Part shown: piece after piece, positions 1 through 9,300 of the stretch | How positions within the stretch are numbered: position 1 is the stretch's first letter | How the letters are laid out: each line of letters starts with the position of its first letter | Assembly: GCA_005880075.1 (NCBI GenBank) | Contig: VBJT01000122.1 | Coordinates: forward strand, 1 to 33,025 | DNA length: 33,025 bases | Reading direction: 5' to 3' | Origin: Chloroflexota bacterium | GTDB lineage: Bacteria > Chloroflexota > Dehalococcoidia > SM23-28-2 > RBG-16-64-32 | Position numbers and translations under genes: made by a program | Notes under the pieces: model-generated | What the model saw: only the letters and a program-made list of their open reading frames with translations | Databases searched by the model: none | What the model was told of the DNA's origin: nothing

Positions 1-1179
1 CGGCTCGGTCTGGATGTCGGCCACAAGTACCGGTTGTGGATCAGTCGCATCTGCCGGCCAGGGCGAGTGGCCGTCTACAGCCGCTCGGTAGCCCTCTGAA
101 AGTCCCCGCCATGCCTTGAAGCGCAGAATCCCGTCTGGGTCGAAGAGCAACAGTGACGATCTCTCCACCCTCAGGGAAAGTTGGATTGCGTCGAGCGCCT
201 TCTGGTAGACCGTTTCGATATCATCAGCACGGGCTACGGCGTCGGCGAGAATATATATGCTCTGCGATTGCTCGGCGTGTGACCGCACTTGGCGTTCGAG
301 CTGCTTGCGACTCGTTAGGTCACGGGTGAAGCAGCGCGTGTGGACAAACTTGTCGTCCTCAACTAAGGCGCTCGAATTGATCGCCACATCCTTGATCGAG
401 CCGTCCTTGGCCCGCATTTGCGCCTCATATTCGTCGACCGTTTCGCCTCTTTGTAACCGGGCGAGCAGGTCTTCGATGGCCTGTTGATCAACGTGGAACT
501 CAGCTATGTTCCTTCCGATGTACTCCTCGGCTTGATAGCCGAGAAGATGCAGTTCGGCGCTGTTTGCCCAGAGGATCGTGCCGTCGGGACCCACCCAGTG
601 AAGACCGATGTTGGCGTTCTCGACGAAATCTGAGAGGCGGTGCTCGCTGCGGCGCAGCTCATGTTCGATACGCTTGCGTTCCACGAACTGTCCGATCTGA
701 CTGCCCAGATTGTCGAACATACTGAGGATGTCGGGATCCGGCTCACGGATCCTCCGGCTGAAGAACTCGGCGACCCCGATCGTCTCCCCGGCGAAGCTGA
801 TCGGAAAACCGAAGGCCCCGTGTAACCCTTCTTCTTCTGCGGCCGGGGAGCGCGGGAAATTATCGTCCGCTACAACGTCCGGGACCCAGAGCGGCTGGCC
901 GCTCTGCCAGACTCGGCCCGGCAGACCGACTCCCCTGGGAAATGCAACCTCACGGCTCAACGCCTCGAACCTGGACGCTGCCCGGCCGGAACGCCAGACT
1001 TCTTGGCATACGAGCAGGTCGAGCTCCTTGTCCACGGTCCAGAGCGCTCCGAGCTCCCAGTCAAGTGTCTCGCAAACGGAGCGCAGAATCCGCGGCGCCG
1101 CCTCGCTCAGCGTTTCGCATTCTGCCAGCGCCTTTGTTACGGCGTACTGAGTGAGCAAGCGCGACTCGGCTGAGATCAC
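1..1179 (-). CDS. GAF-PAS-GAF sensor protein (probable histidine kinase), runs off the left end of the window
   Basis: Manual translation from GTG at 1179 is open to position 1: GAF (WELGALW...GVGLPGRVWQSGQPLWVPDV...GLHGAFGFPI), PAS (FVENANIGLHWVGPDGTILWANSAELHLLGY...RCFTRDLT), second GAF. Absent from the ORF track because it has no stop in the window. Confidence 0.85.
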   Translation of the reverse strand, partial: MISAESRLLTQYAVTKALAECETLSEAAPRILRSVCETLDWELGALWTVDKELDLLVCQEVWRSGRAASRFEALSREVAFPRGVGLPGRVWQSGQPLWVPDVVADDNFPRSPAAEEEGLHGAFGFPISFAGETIGVAEFFSRRIREPDPDILSMFDNLGSQIGQFVERKRIEHELRRSEHRLSDFVENANIGLHWVGPDGTILWANSAELHLLGYQAEEYIGRNIAEFHVDQQAIEDLLARLQRGETVDEYEAQMRAKDGSIKDVAINSSALVEDDKFVHTRCFTRDLTSRKQLERQVRSHAEQSQSIYILADAVARADDIETVYQKALDAIQLSLRVERSSLLLFDPDGILRFKAWRGLSEGYRAAVDGHSPWPADATDPQPVLVADIQTEP

Positions 1180-1539
1180 GCTACCTGGAGTCGGGCCGGA
1201 TTGCGAAAGCTCGGCTTGGGAAAGCCGATTCACACTCGGCCCAAACGAAGACTTGGACGGCAATGTCACAGGAGTATGCGGCTATCGGTCGCGTCGGCAC
1301 GCAGCATAAGACCAACCGTCGAGGAAGAGATCTAAATCTTGCCCCAGCGGCTCTACGCTGCCGTGACCGCACCTCCTACATTTCGCCAATGTAGGGAAAG
1401 CTTACACCGTCTTAGGTGGCGAGTCCTTGCATTGGCCGGAGTGGAGATGCCATTGATACGCATTTGAAACGCCTTACCCGTCTCCCCTTGAGCCCTTCCG
1501 TTTTACGGTGGCGTTAAGCTTTTGTGGGGTGAAATGCGT

Positions 1540-1908
1540 ATGTCTCTCGCGGATAACGGGAACTTGGCTACCTGCTTGGTGATCGATGACGAGCCGGCGA
1601 TTCTCCGGCTCGTTGCCGTAGTTCTGGAGGATCTTGGTTGTGAGGCGTTGACCGCTCGTGACGCCGAGTCGGGGCTAGAGGTCATCGAGAAGCAGGACCC
1701 TGATTTCGTCATCAGCGATGTCAAGCTTCCGGGAATGGACGGCCTCGAACTCGCTCGGCGCATAAAGTCGGAGCAAAAGCAGACGCCCGTCCTGCTGATG
1801 AGTGCCTTCGGCGAGCCACGGAATCACCCGGGCGACGGCTTTCTCGCCAAGCCCTTCGACATCGACGGCCTCGTGGACTTCGTCAGTCCTTACCTCGACT
1901 CACAATAG
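1540..1908 (+). CDS. Single-domain response regulator (receiver)
   Basis: LVIDDE, phosphoacceptor ISDVKLPGMDG, MSA, KPF motifs; start could be 1522-1540. Confidence 0.9.
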   Translation: MSLADNGNLATCLVIDDEPAILRLVAVVLEDLGCEALTARDAESGLEVIEKQDPDFVISDVKLPGMDGLELARRIKSEQKQTPVLLMSAFGEPRNHPGDGFLAKPFDIDGLVDFVSPYLDSQ

Positions 1909-1956
1909 GTACCTGGCCCACCCACGCCGATTTCGATCAGACGATGACCGGCGTTT

Positions 1957-2951
1957 CTACGCTCTCTGTGGTTCAGCTGTTCTAATGCGGGCGCCAGCAC
2001 GCATCGCAGGCAACACCTCTCGCTCGTAGAATCGGAAGAAGCCTTCCTGGTCCGGTCCCACCTGGTGGATGTACACGTGATCGAAGCCGGCCTCGCTGAA
2101 CTTTCGAATCGCCTCGATGTGCTGGTCGGGATCAGGACCACAGATGATCTGTTCCGCAACCTGCTCCTCGGTCGCATCCGCCGTCGCCTGCTCGAAATGC
2201 GCGGGCAGCCTTAGCTCTTGACCGAGTTCCCCTTTGAGCACCGCGGTCGGCCAACATTCACGCGCCCTTCGGCGAGCGGCCGACTCGTCCTCGGCCCAGC
2301 AGACGGTCAGCTTACCGTAGCGGGGCTTGCCGGCACCCCGTTTCCCTCGAATTCCTCTACTGTCTCCTTGACCGGGGCCGTCGCGATGAGACCCTCGCCG
2401 ATGCGCCCGGCCAGACTCGCCGATTTCGTCCCGCCCGCCGCAACGTATATCGGCGGGAGTTCCTGCGGCAGCGTGTAAATCCGTGCGTTATCTACGCTGT
2501 AGTAGCGGCCGCGATGGCTTTCCGTGCCGCCCTGCCAGAGAAGCCGGATGACCTCAACGGCTTCCTCGAGCATCTCGAGCCTGACGTCGGTTGGCGGCCA
2601 GTACGTAGCGATGATGTGTTCATTAAGGTTCTCCCCGCTGCCGACACCCAGAAAGAAGCGGCCGGGCATCATGGCCGCACAGGTCGCGGCGGCTTGTGCG
2701 ATGATCGCCGGGTGGGTCCTCATCATGGGACAGGTGACGCCTGTACCTAGGCGCAGCCCTTCGGTCGCCTCGGCAATCCCGCCGATCACGCTCCAGACGA
2801 ACGGGCTCTGGCCCTGCCGGTCGATCCAGGGATGGAAGTGGTCCGAAATGAGCGCAAACGTGAACCCGGCTTCCTCCGCCCGCCGGGCATTCCGGATTAG
2901 TACATCGGGCGCGTGTTCTTCGCTCGAAAGCGCGTAACCGAATTCAGTCAT
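1957..2951 (-). CDS. F420-dependent LLM-class oxidoreductase (G6PDH-like family), split by a 1-nt frameshift near 2336-2339
   Basis: GYALSSEEH, ISDHFHPW, GVGSGENLNEH motifs; adding one G to the GGGG run gives GNGGAGKPRYGKLTVCWAEDE... continuous with the 1957..2241 ORF. Confidence 0.85.
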
Positions 2952-3154
2952 GTGGCCCTCCGACGTAGAGGCGCGGCATGTCGGCGAGCTTCGGAAACCT
3001 TCCTCGCCGGCTTAATCAGAGCGGTCTCCAGCCGCGATATGTAAGCGCCGCCGATCGGTGCTTCTATCGCGTCTATTTCGAGACCCATTGCGTAGAAGAC
3101 AGGAAACCAGATCGCCCTATGTACCGCCAACATCCATTCGCTTGCGAGACTCAT
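2948..3154 (-). CDS. Possible small hypothetical protein
   Basis: 68-aa ORF whose stop overlaps the downstream LLM start (ATGA); no recognisable motif. Confidence 0.3.
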   Translation of the reverse strand: MSLASEWMLAVHRAIWFPVFYAMGLEIDAIEAPIGGAYISRLETALIKPARKVSEARRHAAPLRRRAT

Positions 3155-3366
3155 TCCGTATCACGCTCCCTTCAACGGATGAAGCGATTCAAGCGTAGGC
3201 CAGCTTGTTCGCTTGCGGGGTAAAAGCTTAAGGCGCGCTGCTTTCAAACGCATTGCATCAACGAGGCGCGCGTATCGAAATCCGCCCGTAGGCCAACATT
3301 GACCCGCTGATCGCTCCTGCCTATATTCGTCCGTATGAAAAGCGCGTCTGCCACTAACGGGAGAAT

Positions 3367-3858
3367 ATGACCACAAAAAGTAAATTATTACGGATGGACA
3401 ACGTTCTCATCGTTGTCGACGACCTCGAGGCTGCCAAAGCGTTCTTCGCCGAACTCGGTATGGAGCTGGAAGGCGAGGCGCCGGTCGAGGGGCGTTGGGT
3501 GGACCGCGTCGTCGGGCTCAATGACGTCCGTGCCGACATCGCCATGATGCGGACCCCGGACGGCCACAACCGGGTTGAGCTGACGAAGTTCCACACGCCG
3601 CCGGCTGTCAGAGCCGAGCCGGAAAGCGCGCCGGCGAACACGCTGGGCATACGCCGCCTCATGTTCGCTGTCGACGACATCGACCACGTCGTTGCCCGCC
3701 TGCGCAGCCACGGTGCCGAACTCGTCGGCGAGATCGCGCAGTACGAGGACATCTACCGGCTCTGCTTCCTGCGTGGCCCTGAGGGCATCATCATCGGACT
3801 GGCCGAGCAGCTCAGTAAGAAATCAGTAACGGACTCCTACAGGGAGACCGCCCGCTGA
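3367..3858 (+). CDS. VOC/glyoxalase family protein
   Basis: MDNVLIVVDDLEAAKAFFAELG, GIRRLMFAVDDID, LRGPEGIIIGLAE; GGGAG SD upstream. Confidence 0.9.
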   Translation: MTTKSKLLRMDNVLIVVDDLEAAKAFFAELGMELEGEAPVEGRWVDRVVGLNDVRADIAMMRTPDGHNRVELTKFHTPPAVRAEPESAPANTLGIRRLMFAVDDIDHVVARLRSHGAELVGEIAQYEDIYRLCFLRGPEGIIIGLAEQLSKKSVTDSYRETAR

Positions 3859-4602
3859 AGATAGGCGTCAAGATCGGCCCGGCCAGCGAGCGCACGCTCA
3901 AGCGGGTCGCTGAAGAGGCAGAGAGAGCAGGCTTCGATTCCGTCTGGCTCAGCGAGCGCGTTGCGGTCCCGCTGGATAGACCACATCCTTATCAGCCGCT
4001 CGTCGACCCCTGGATCGGGCTGTCGTTCGTCGCCGCCGTTACGGAGAGGGTCACCCTCGGTACGAGTGTGAGCCAGATCGCCTTGCGACCGCCGGTCCTG
4101 ATGGCACGCGAGCTTGCGACGCTGGACCGCCTTTCGGAGGGCAGGCTCATCGTCGGAGCAGGGGCCGGCTGGGTGGAAGAAGAATTCACCTCGACAGCAG
4201 TCCCGTTCGAAACGCGTGGCGGCCGTCTGAACGAGTTCATCCCCCTCCTGCGGCATCTTTGGACGAGGCCCGAGGAGTCGTGGCACGGCAAGTTCTTTAG
4301 CATCCCGGCCGTTGGCCTGATCAAGCCGGCAACGCCGGGCGGCCCGCCGATTTACGTCGGCGCGGCCAGTACAGCCGGCCTCCGCCGGGCCGCACGCTAC
4401 GCGGACGGCTTCATCGCCACGGCGCTTCCGGTCACGACACTCACCAATATCAAACAAAGGCTGGAAGAGATGCGCTCACAGGGCGATGGTGAAGGACCAC
4501 GCAGCCGCCGGCGTGGACGGCCTGATCCTGACATATCCCGGAGAGCTACCAAATGCGTTCTTGGACAGCCGCGAAGTCGTCAAAGCGCTCATCGAAAGCT
4601 GA
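3855..4602 (+). CDS. LLM-class flavin/F420-dependent oxidoreductase, probable CTG start, frameshift or deletion near 4480
   Basis: The frame of ORF 4068 extends upstream without a stop to CTG 3855: KIGVKIG...AEEAERAGFDSVWLSER...DPWIGLSFVAAVTERVTLGTSV. The C-terminus (AAAGVDGLIL...ALIES*) lies in another frame ending at TGA 4600-4602. Confidence 0.8.
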
Positions 4603-4638
4603 CATCCGACTCTGGACCGCGTTTGCTACACTTCAGCC

Positions 4639-5725
4639 ATGCAGCTCACTGACGCCCAGCGCATGGTGTATACGACTGCACGCCGCTTCGCCGAACGCGA
4701 AATCAAGCCGCATATCCGCGAACGCGCGAACGACGAGTGCTTTCCGGTGGATATCATGCGGAAACTCGCCGACTCGGGTCTGCTCGGAGGCGCGTTTCCA
4801 GAGCAGTACGGCGGCGCCGGCATAGACAACGTTTCCTACGTTCTCATCTGCGAAGCGATCGGCGGCGCGAGTCCCTCGGTCTTCACCGCCGCGCTCACTG
4901 TGCAGCTTTCGCTCGTAGGAACAGCGATGTACGCGTTCGGGACGGAGGACCAGAGGAAGGACTACCTTCCGGACTTATTTTCGGATCACCGTGTTGGAGC
5001 GTGACGGGGATGACTGGGTCCTTAATGGAAGCAAGTTCTGGATATCGAACGGTTCCATCGCCGACGTCATAGTCGTCTTCGCGCAGACGCAGCCCGGAGC
5101 CCGCCACAAGGGCATGGCCGCTTTCATCGTCGATGGCGACTCGCCCGGCCTGGAGCGGCAGGTCATTACTGAGAAGCTGGGACTCCATGCCTCGAACACC
5201 GCAGCCCTGTTCTTCGATTCTGTTCGGGTGAGCGGCGATCGCCTCCTCGGCGGTACCGGAGATGGCTTCAAGATCGCGCAGACCTCCCTCGAGAGCGGCC
5301 GAACCTCGACCGCTGCCTGCGCCGTCGGCATCATCCAGGCGTGCCTCGACGCCTGTATCGCGTACGCCGGTCAGCGTAAGCAGTGGGGCAAGACTATCGG
5401 CAACCACCAGCTCATCCAGGAGATGGTTGCCGACATGGCGACGGACTGCGAGGCGGCTCGCCTGTTGACGATTGAGGCCGCACGTCTACGAGACGCCGGA
5501 GAGCCGGCCATGAAGAATGTCGTCATGGCGAAGCAGTTCGCGACGGAGGCCGCCGTGCGGGCGGCGCGCTCGGCGATCGCGCTGCATGGCGGCATCGGCT
5601 ACCTGGGCGAGTACCCCATCGAAGCGCTCTTACGAGATGCGATCGGCCTCAGTCTCTACGAGGGCACGACCCAGATCCAGAAGCTCATCCTCGGCCGCGA
5701 GCTGCTGGGCGTCCCGGCGTTTTAG
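4639..5725 (+). CDS. Acyl-CoA dehydrogenase family protein, interrupted near 4995 (internal deletion with frameshift)
   Basis: N-part (FPEQYGGAG) and C-part (LNGSKFWISNG, QWGKTIGNHQLIQ, HGGIGY, YEGTTQIQ) are in different frames; the family's xTEPxxGSD segment is absent at the junction. Confidence 0.85.
5681..5725 (+). repeat. Direct repeat copy 1: last 15 codons of the acyl-CoA dehydrogenase gene
   Basis: aagctcatcctcggccgcgagctgctgggcgtcccggcgttttag = KLILGRELLGVPAF*. Confidence 0.9.
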
Positions 5726-5749
5726 CGTCGGCACAGGCGAACGTCCTCG

Positions 5750-6193
5750 ATGACGGGTTCAGGACCAGTGGTCGGGCCGGGGAGTGGATACAAGCCATCA
5801 CTCCGAATCGCCGGCCTCGCAACCGCCCTCGGCTTGATAGCGACACTTGCGGGCTGCAGGTTCTTATATTCATCCGCGCCTACGGATTGGGTTCTGGCGG
5901 AGGAGCCGAAGGGAAACCGGCTCTCTCTCGACATCGCGATTGGCGATTCGTGCACGTCGCTGGATCAAATCGGCGTTTATGAATCTCCGACCGAAGTAAA
6001 CATCCAAGCGTTCGTTGACAGGCAAGGCGCCAGGCAAGGTGCCTCGGGTTGTAATTCAATTTTGAAAACCGAGCGGCATGAGATTGACCTCGCTCGGCCT
6101 CTTGGGGCTCGGGACCTGAGGGGATGCGATGCATCTGGCAACAAACATCTGCTCAGGGACGCGCTTAAAGACTGCCACAGCCTGCGTAGGTAG
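5750..6193 (+). CDS. Hypothetical lipoprotein
   Basis: Hydrophobic stretch ending in lipobox LAGC; several further Cys; exact start uncertain. Confidence 0.65.
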   Translation: MTGSGPVVGPGSGYKPSLRIAGLATALGLIATLAGCRFLYSSAPTDWVLAEEPKGNRLSLDIAIGDSCTSLDQIGVYESPTEVNIQAFVDRQGARQGASGCNSILKTERHEIDLARPLGARDLRGCDASGNKHLLRDALKDCHSLRR

Positions 6194-6209
6194 ATCAGGT
6201 CTCGCCGCG

Positions 6210-6254
6210 AAGTTGATCCTCGGCCGCGAGCTGCTCGGCGTCCCCGCCTTCTGA
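6210..6254 (+). repeat. Direct repeat copy 2: orphan 3' end of the acyl-CoA dehydrogenase gene
   Basis: aagttgatcctcggccgcgagctgctcggcgtccccgccttctga = the same peptide; 37/45 nt identical to copy 1. Confidence 0.9.
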
Positions 6255-6259
6255 ATAAG

Positions 6260-6286
6260 CAAACGAGGCGCCTTGCGCCTCGTTTG
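6260..6286 (+). terminator. Hairpin, probable terminator
   Basis: Perfect 12-bp stem caaacgaggcgc-ctt-gcgcctcgtttg just after repeat copy 2. Confidence 0.6.
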
Positions 6287-6462
6287 TCCCCTCCCTTAGG
6301 CCCCACGAGCGGGCTTTCGGGTTACCGCACGCGTAGGCAAATTCTGTTTGGTTGCGGAATGTGTGTCAACCCGCTTTCAGCCGGGCACTCGGGATCTCGC
6401 TGGTTGGCTGAAATTTTGTCGGTCGTATCGAGCTCCCGATGGTCTACAATACAGAAAAGAGC

Positions 6463-6706
6463 ATGGTTACCGAAGACGTCATCATCGAGGGCCTGCGGGA
6501 AGTTTACGACCCGGAGTTGCATTACAACATCTACGACCTCGGCCTCGTCTACGACATCAACGTCAAGGACGGTCACGGAGCAGATCAACGAGAGCATCGG
6601 CCTGATTCCCGGCGTGAAGAACGTCGGCGTAGAGTTTACGTTCGATCCCCCCTGGACGCCCGACCAGATGAGTGACGAGGCGAGGGCTGACCTCGGCCTC
6701 GACTAG
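6463..6706 (+). CDS. Metal-sulfur cluster assembly factor (DUF59/SufT-like), interrupted near 6575
   Basis: LREVYDPELHYNIYDLGLVY and FDPPWTPDQMSDEAR are in different frames; the central MTLTxxxCP segment is missing. Confidence 0.85.
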
Positions 6707-6718
6707 CCGAAAGAAGCC

Positions 6719-7009
6719 ATGGAATCCAAGATCGCTGAGCGCTACCCGGGCCGCCTCACCATCGAAATCACCTACTGTATAGAGTGAGGATACCTGCCCC
6801 TGGCCGCCTGGATGGCGACCGAAATCTGGCACGACTTCGGTGAAGACGCGCCCGTCACCCTGATTCCGGTTGGCTCCGGCCGCCTCGAAGTGATCGCCAA
6901 CGGCGAAGTCCTTTTCGACCGCAAGGCAGAGGGCGGAGCCTACCCCGATATGAAGCGCATCCGGGCGATCAAGGCGGAGATCCGGAAGCGGTTAGAAACC
7001 GGCTCTTAG
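6719..7009 (+). CDS. Rdx (SelT/SelW/SelH) family selenoprotein, Sec encoded by TGA 6785-6787
   Basis: MESKIAERYPGRLTIEITYCIE-TGA-GYLPLAAWMATEIW...LIPVGSGRLEVIANGEVLFDRK...YPD: CxxU motif in frame with ORF 6812..7009. Confidence 0.85.
6802..6820 (+). promoter_or_regulatory. Candidate bacterial SECIS hairpin
   Basis: GGCCGCC-UGGAU-GGCGACC stem-loop starting 14 nt after the UGA, with G in the apical loop. Confidence 0.5.
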
Positions 7010-8031
7010 AATTCCCGCTCGAGCAAGAACTCGGCGATCTGTACGATCTCTTCGCGCGGCCCGGGCACCAGATCGAGCCGGCCGAGTTCGGCGATCGCAT
7101 TCCCTTTGAGCTCTGCCGCTTGCCTTTCGCAGTACCCCCGAGCACCAACCTCGTCGAGATGCTGCCGCACCTGCGCCACGTCGTCAGCATCAAGCGCCGG
7201 CTTGTCGTAGATCGCTCGCAATTCCTCCCGCGTCCCGGCCTTACCCTCGCTGAGCGCGTAAACGACGGGCAGTGACTTCTTGCGGCGGTAGACGTCCGCG
7301 CCTGCTGCCTTACCGGTCTTGCTCTCGTCGCCCCAGACGCCCAGCATGTCGTCTCGGACTTGGAATGCCGTCCCAAGCGTCCGCCCGACCCGGCCAAGCC
7401 GCTCGGCAAGTTCCCAATCACCGTCGGCCGTCAGTACCCCCAAGCGAAACGCAGAGTCGAACAGCGCGCCGCTCTTCTGCCGAACCATCTGCAGATATGC
7501 CGGCAAATCGACGTCCGTCTTCTCTTCAAAGGCGAGATCAAGCGTTTGCCCTGCCACCATCTCAAGCGTGGACTCGTCGAGGACGCGCGCTGCTTCTATG
7601 ACCGTGGCAGCCGCCACGCCTTCGTCCGCCAACCTCAATACCACCGGCCGGGCCAGCGCGAGAAGGCCATCGCCAGCGTTTATCGCCTGCGCCTCGCCCC
7701 AGATGCTCCACACGGTGGGCCGGTGGTGCCGCTCCTGGTCACGGTCCTGGACATCATCGTGGATCAGCGAAAAGTTGTGTACCAGCTCTACTGCCGCGGC
7801 CGCGGGCAGCGCGCGGTGCCATTCGCCGCCCGCCGCTTCGCAGGACAGCAAGCAGAGCGTCGGACGCAGCCCCTTGCCACCGGCATCTTGCGGCTGCCCC
7901 GCGGCGTCCTCCCAACCGAGGTGATAGCGAATCATACGGTTGAGCAACAGCGGCTGATGGTCGCTTATGAGGGAGCGCAGGTACGCATTGAACTCCCGCC
8001 GATGACGGGCGACCGGAAGGACGGACAGCAA
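7006..8031 (-). CDS. Polyprenyl diphosphate synthase (GGPP synthase/IdsA-like)
   Basis: GGKGLRP, FSLIHDDVQD, GQTLD, AFQVRDDMLG motifs. Confidence 0.92.
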   Translation of the reverse strand: MLSVLPVARHRREFNAYLRSLISDHQPLLLNRMIRYHLGWEDAAGQPQDAGGKGLRPTLCLLSCEAAGGEWHRALPAAAAVELVHNFSLIHDDVQDRDQERHHRPTVWSIWGEAQAINAGDGLLALARPVVLRLADEGVAAATVIEAARVLDESTLEMVAGQTLDLAFEEKTDVDLPAYLQMVRQKSGALFDSAFRLGVLTADGDWELAERLGRVGRTLGTAFQVRDDMLGVWGDESKTGKAAGADVYRRKKSLPVVYALSEGKAGTREELRAIYDKPALDADDVAQVRQHLDEVGARGYCERQAAELKGNAIAELGRLDLVPGPREEIVQIAEFLLEREF

Positions 8032-8469
8032 CTACTCTCCGACGAGGTGGACGACGACCTCGCGGTCCCGGCCGTGGTCAAGCTCCACAAGAAAGAGGCG
8101 CTGCCACGGCCCGAAGGTAAGCCGGCCATTGACGATAGGCACGGATTCACTCGCGCCCAACAGCAGCTGCTGGCAATGCGAATGGCCGTTCGGCCGCTCC
8201 CCGTTGTTTGACAGCGCGTGGGCATATTTGTTGTGTGCGTAGTCGTTGCCGGCCGGCACAACTTCGCCAAGCATCTGCTCCATGTCGCGGAGGAGATGCG
8301 GCTCGGCTTCATTGATGCGAATAGCAGCAGTCGTGTGCTTGGAAAAGACCACTGCGAACCCGTTGAGCAGTCCACACTCGCGGGCCGCCTCCTCAACGTA
8401 GTCGGTTATGTCGACGAATTGAGGGCCGCGCTCAGTCTTGACCTCCAATGTGCGTGAGAGGAATTTCAT
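8032..8469 (-). CDS. yjbQ: YjbQ/UPF0047 family protein
   Basis: VDITD, HTTAAIRINE, NGHSH, GPWQRLFLVELD; AAGGAGG SD before ATG 8469, so the ORF-track start at 8679 is too long. Confidence 0.9.
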   Translation of the reverse strand: MKFLSRTLEVKTERGPQFVDITDYVEEAARECGLLNGFAVVFSKHTTAAIRINEAEPHLLRDMEQMLGEVVPAGNDYAHNKYAHALSNNGERPNGHSHCQQLLLGASESVPIVNGRLTFGPWQRLFLVELDHGRDREVVVHLVGE

Positions 8470-8498
8470 GCGGGATTCCTCCTTCTTGCCGGTATCCC

Positions 8499-8526
8499 CG
8501 CGTGGTTTCAGTATTGAAACCACGCG
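8499..8526. repeat. Perfect 12-bp inverted repeat upstream of yjbQ
   Basis: cgcgtggtttca-gtat-tgaaaccacgcg. Confidence 0.8.
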
Positions 8527-8698
8527 CGGGCGGCGCGGGCCGTTCGCCGAAACGCGATGCCTCATTTGCCTCCGGCTTAGATTATCGCGCGAAAACCTCT
8601 TACAAGATAGACTTTGTGCGATTTTCACAATGCCTCCCTTGAAAACGAGGGCCTCGGGCGCTAAAGTTTCTCTTGCCATTCAGAAGATGGAGGTTGAA

Positions 8699-8878
8699 GT
8701 GGGAAAGGTAGTTGATTGCGCGAAGGTCGACCCCAGCACCGGTTGTAGTCACGTCGTTCGAGGCGAGACCGAAGAAGATCTCATGAAGAACGCCCAGGAA
8801 CACGCGCAAGAGCATGGCCTAGTCGAGGTTACTCCCGAATTGATGGAGCGCGTCCGGGCGAACATCAGAGACGAATAG
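8699..8878 (+). CDS. DUF1059-like small metal-binding protein
   Basis: GTG start after GGAGG; KVVDC...GCSHVVRGETEEDLMKNAQEHAQEHG pattern. Confidence 0.8.
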   Translation: MGKVVDCAKVDPSTGCSHVVRGETEEDLMKNAQEHAQEHGLVEVTPELMERVRANIRDE

Positions 8879-8880
8879 GC

Positions 8881-9300
8881 TCATTCGCCGTTTCGCTCTT
8901 TCGCCGACGGATGCCGCCAAGGCGATAACCGTCCGGCTGCTCGCCCCTTTTTCCTCTGTACGCCCGACAGGATCTTGAACGTCCGCTCGATGTAGTCCTG
9001 ATCCCGCAAGATCTCGACTTCGTAGTCGAGTGGCACGACGCGGCTCTCCGCGTCTAGCGTGGCGCTGTGCCAGCCGCCCGGGTACTCGCGAACTATGGCA
9101 TCGTGAAATTCATAGCTCTTGGCTTCCTGAACCCTTGCTTCGCCTATCTCCACACGGGTCAGCGCCGAATCATCGCCGACGAGGCACATGCGGAGGCCAC
9201 CAACATCCCACAACCGTAGAACACGCGCTTGGAAACTCACGCGCTGTCCGGCAGAGCAGTCCTTCAGCGCCCGCAGGTTTTCCAGCGCTGGCGCGCTCAT
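8881..9300 (-). CDS. Hypothetical protein with a probable OB-fold (RPA/SSB-like) domain
   Basis: VSFQARVLRLW...LVGDDSALTRV...YEFHDAIVREY pattern; basic C-terminal tail. Confidence 0.6.
   Translation of the reverse strand: MSAPALENLRALKDCSAGQRVSFQARVLRLWDVGGLRMCLVGDDSALTRVEIGEARVQEAKSYEFHDAIVREYPGGWHSATLDAESRVVPLDYEVEILRDQDYIERTFKILSGVQRKKGRAAGRLSPWRHPSAKERNGE

Noticed and set aside
2336-2339. Frameshift in the F420 LLM gene as programmed frameshifting or phase variation
   Set aside because: One base missing from a short G run with both halves intact; typical homopolymer sequencing error, and the tract is too short for a contingency locus.
8614-8630. TTGTG-N7-CACAA as a Rex or CRP site
   Set aside because: Spacing is one base short of both consensus sites, so no regulator was assigned.
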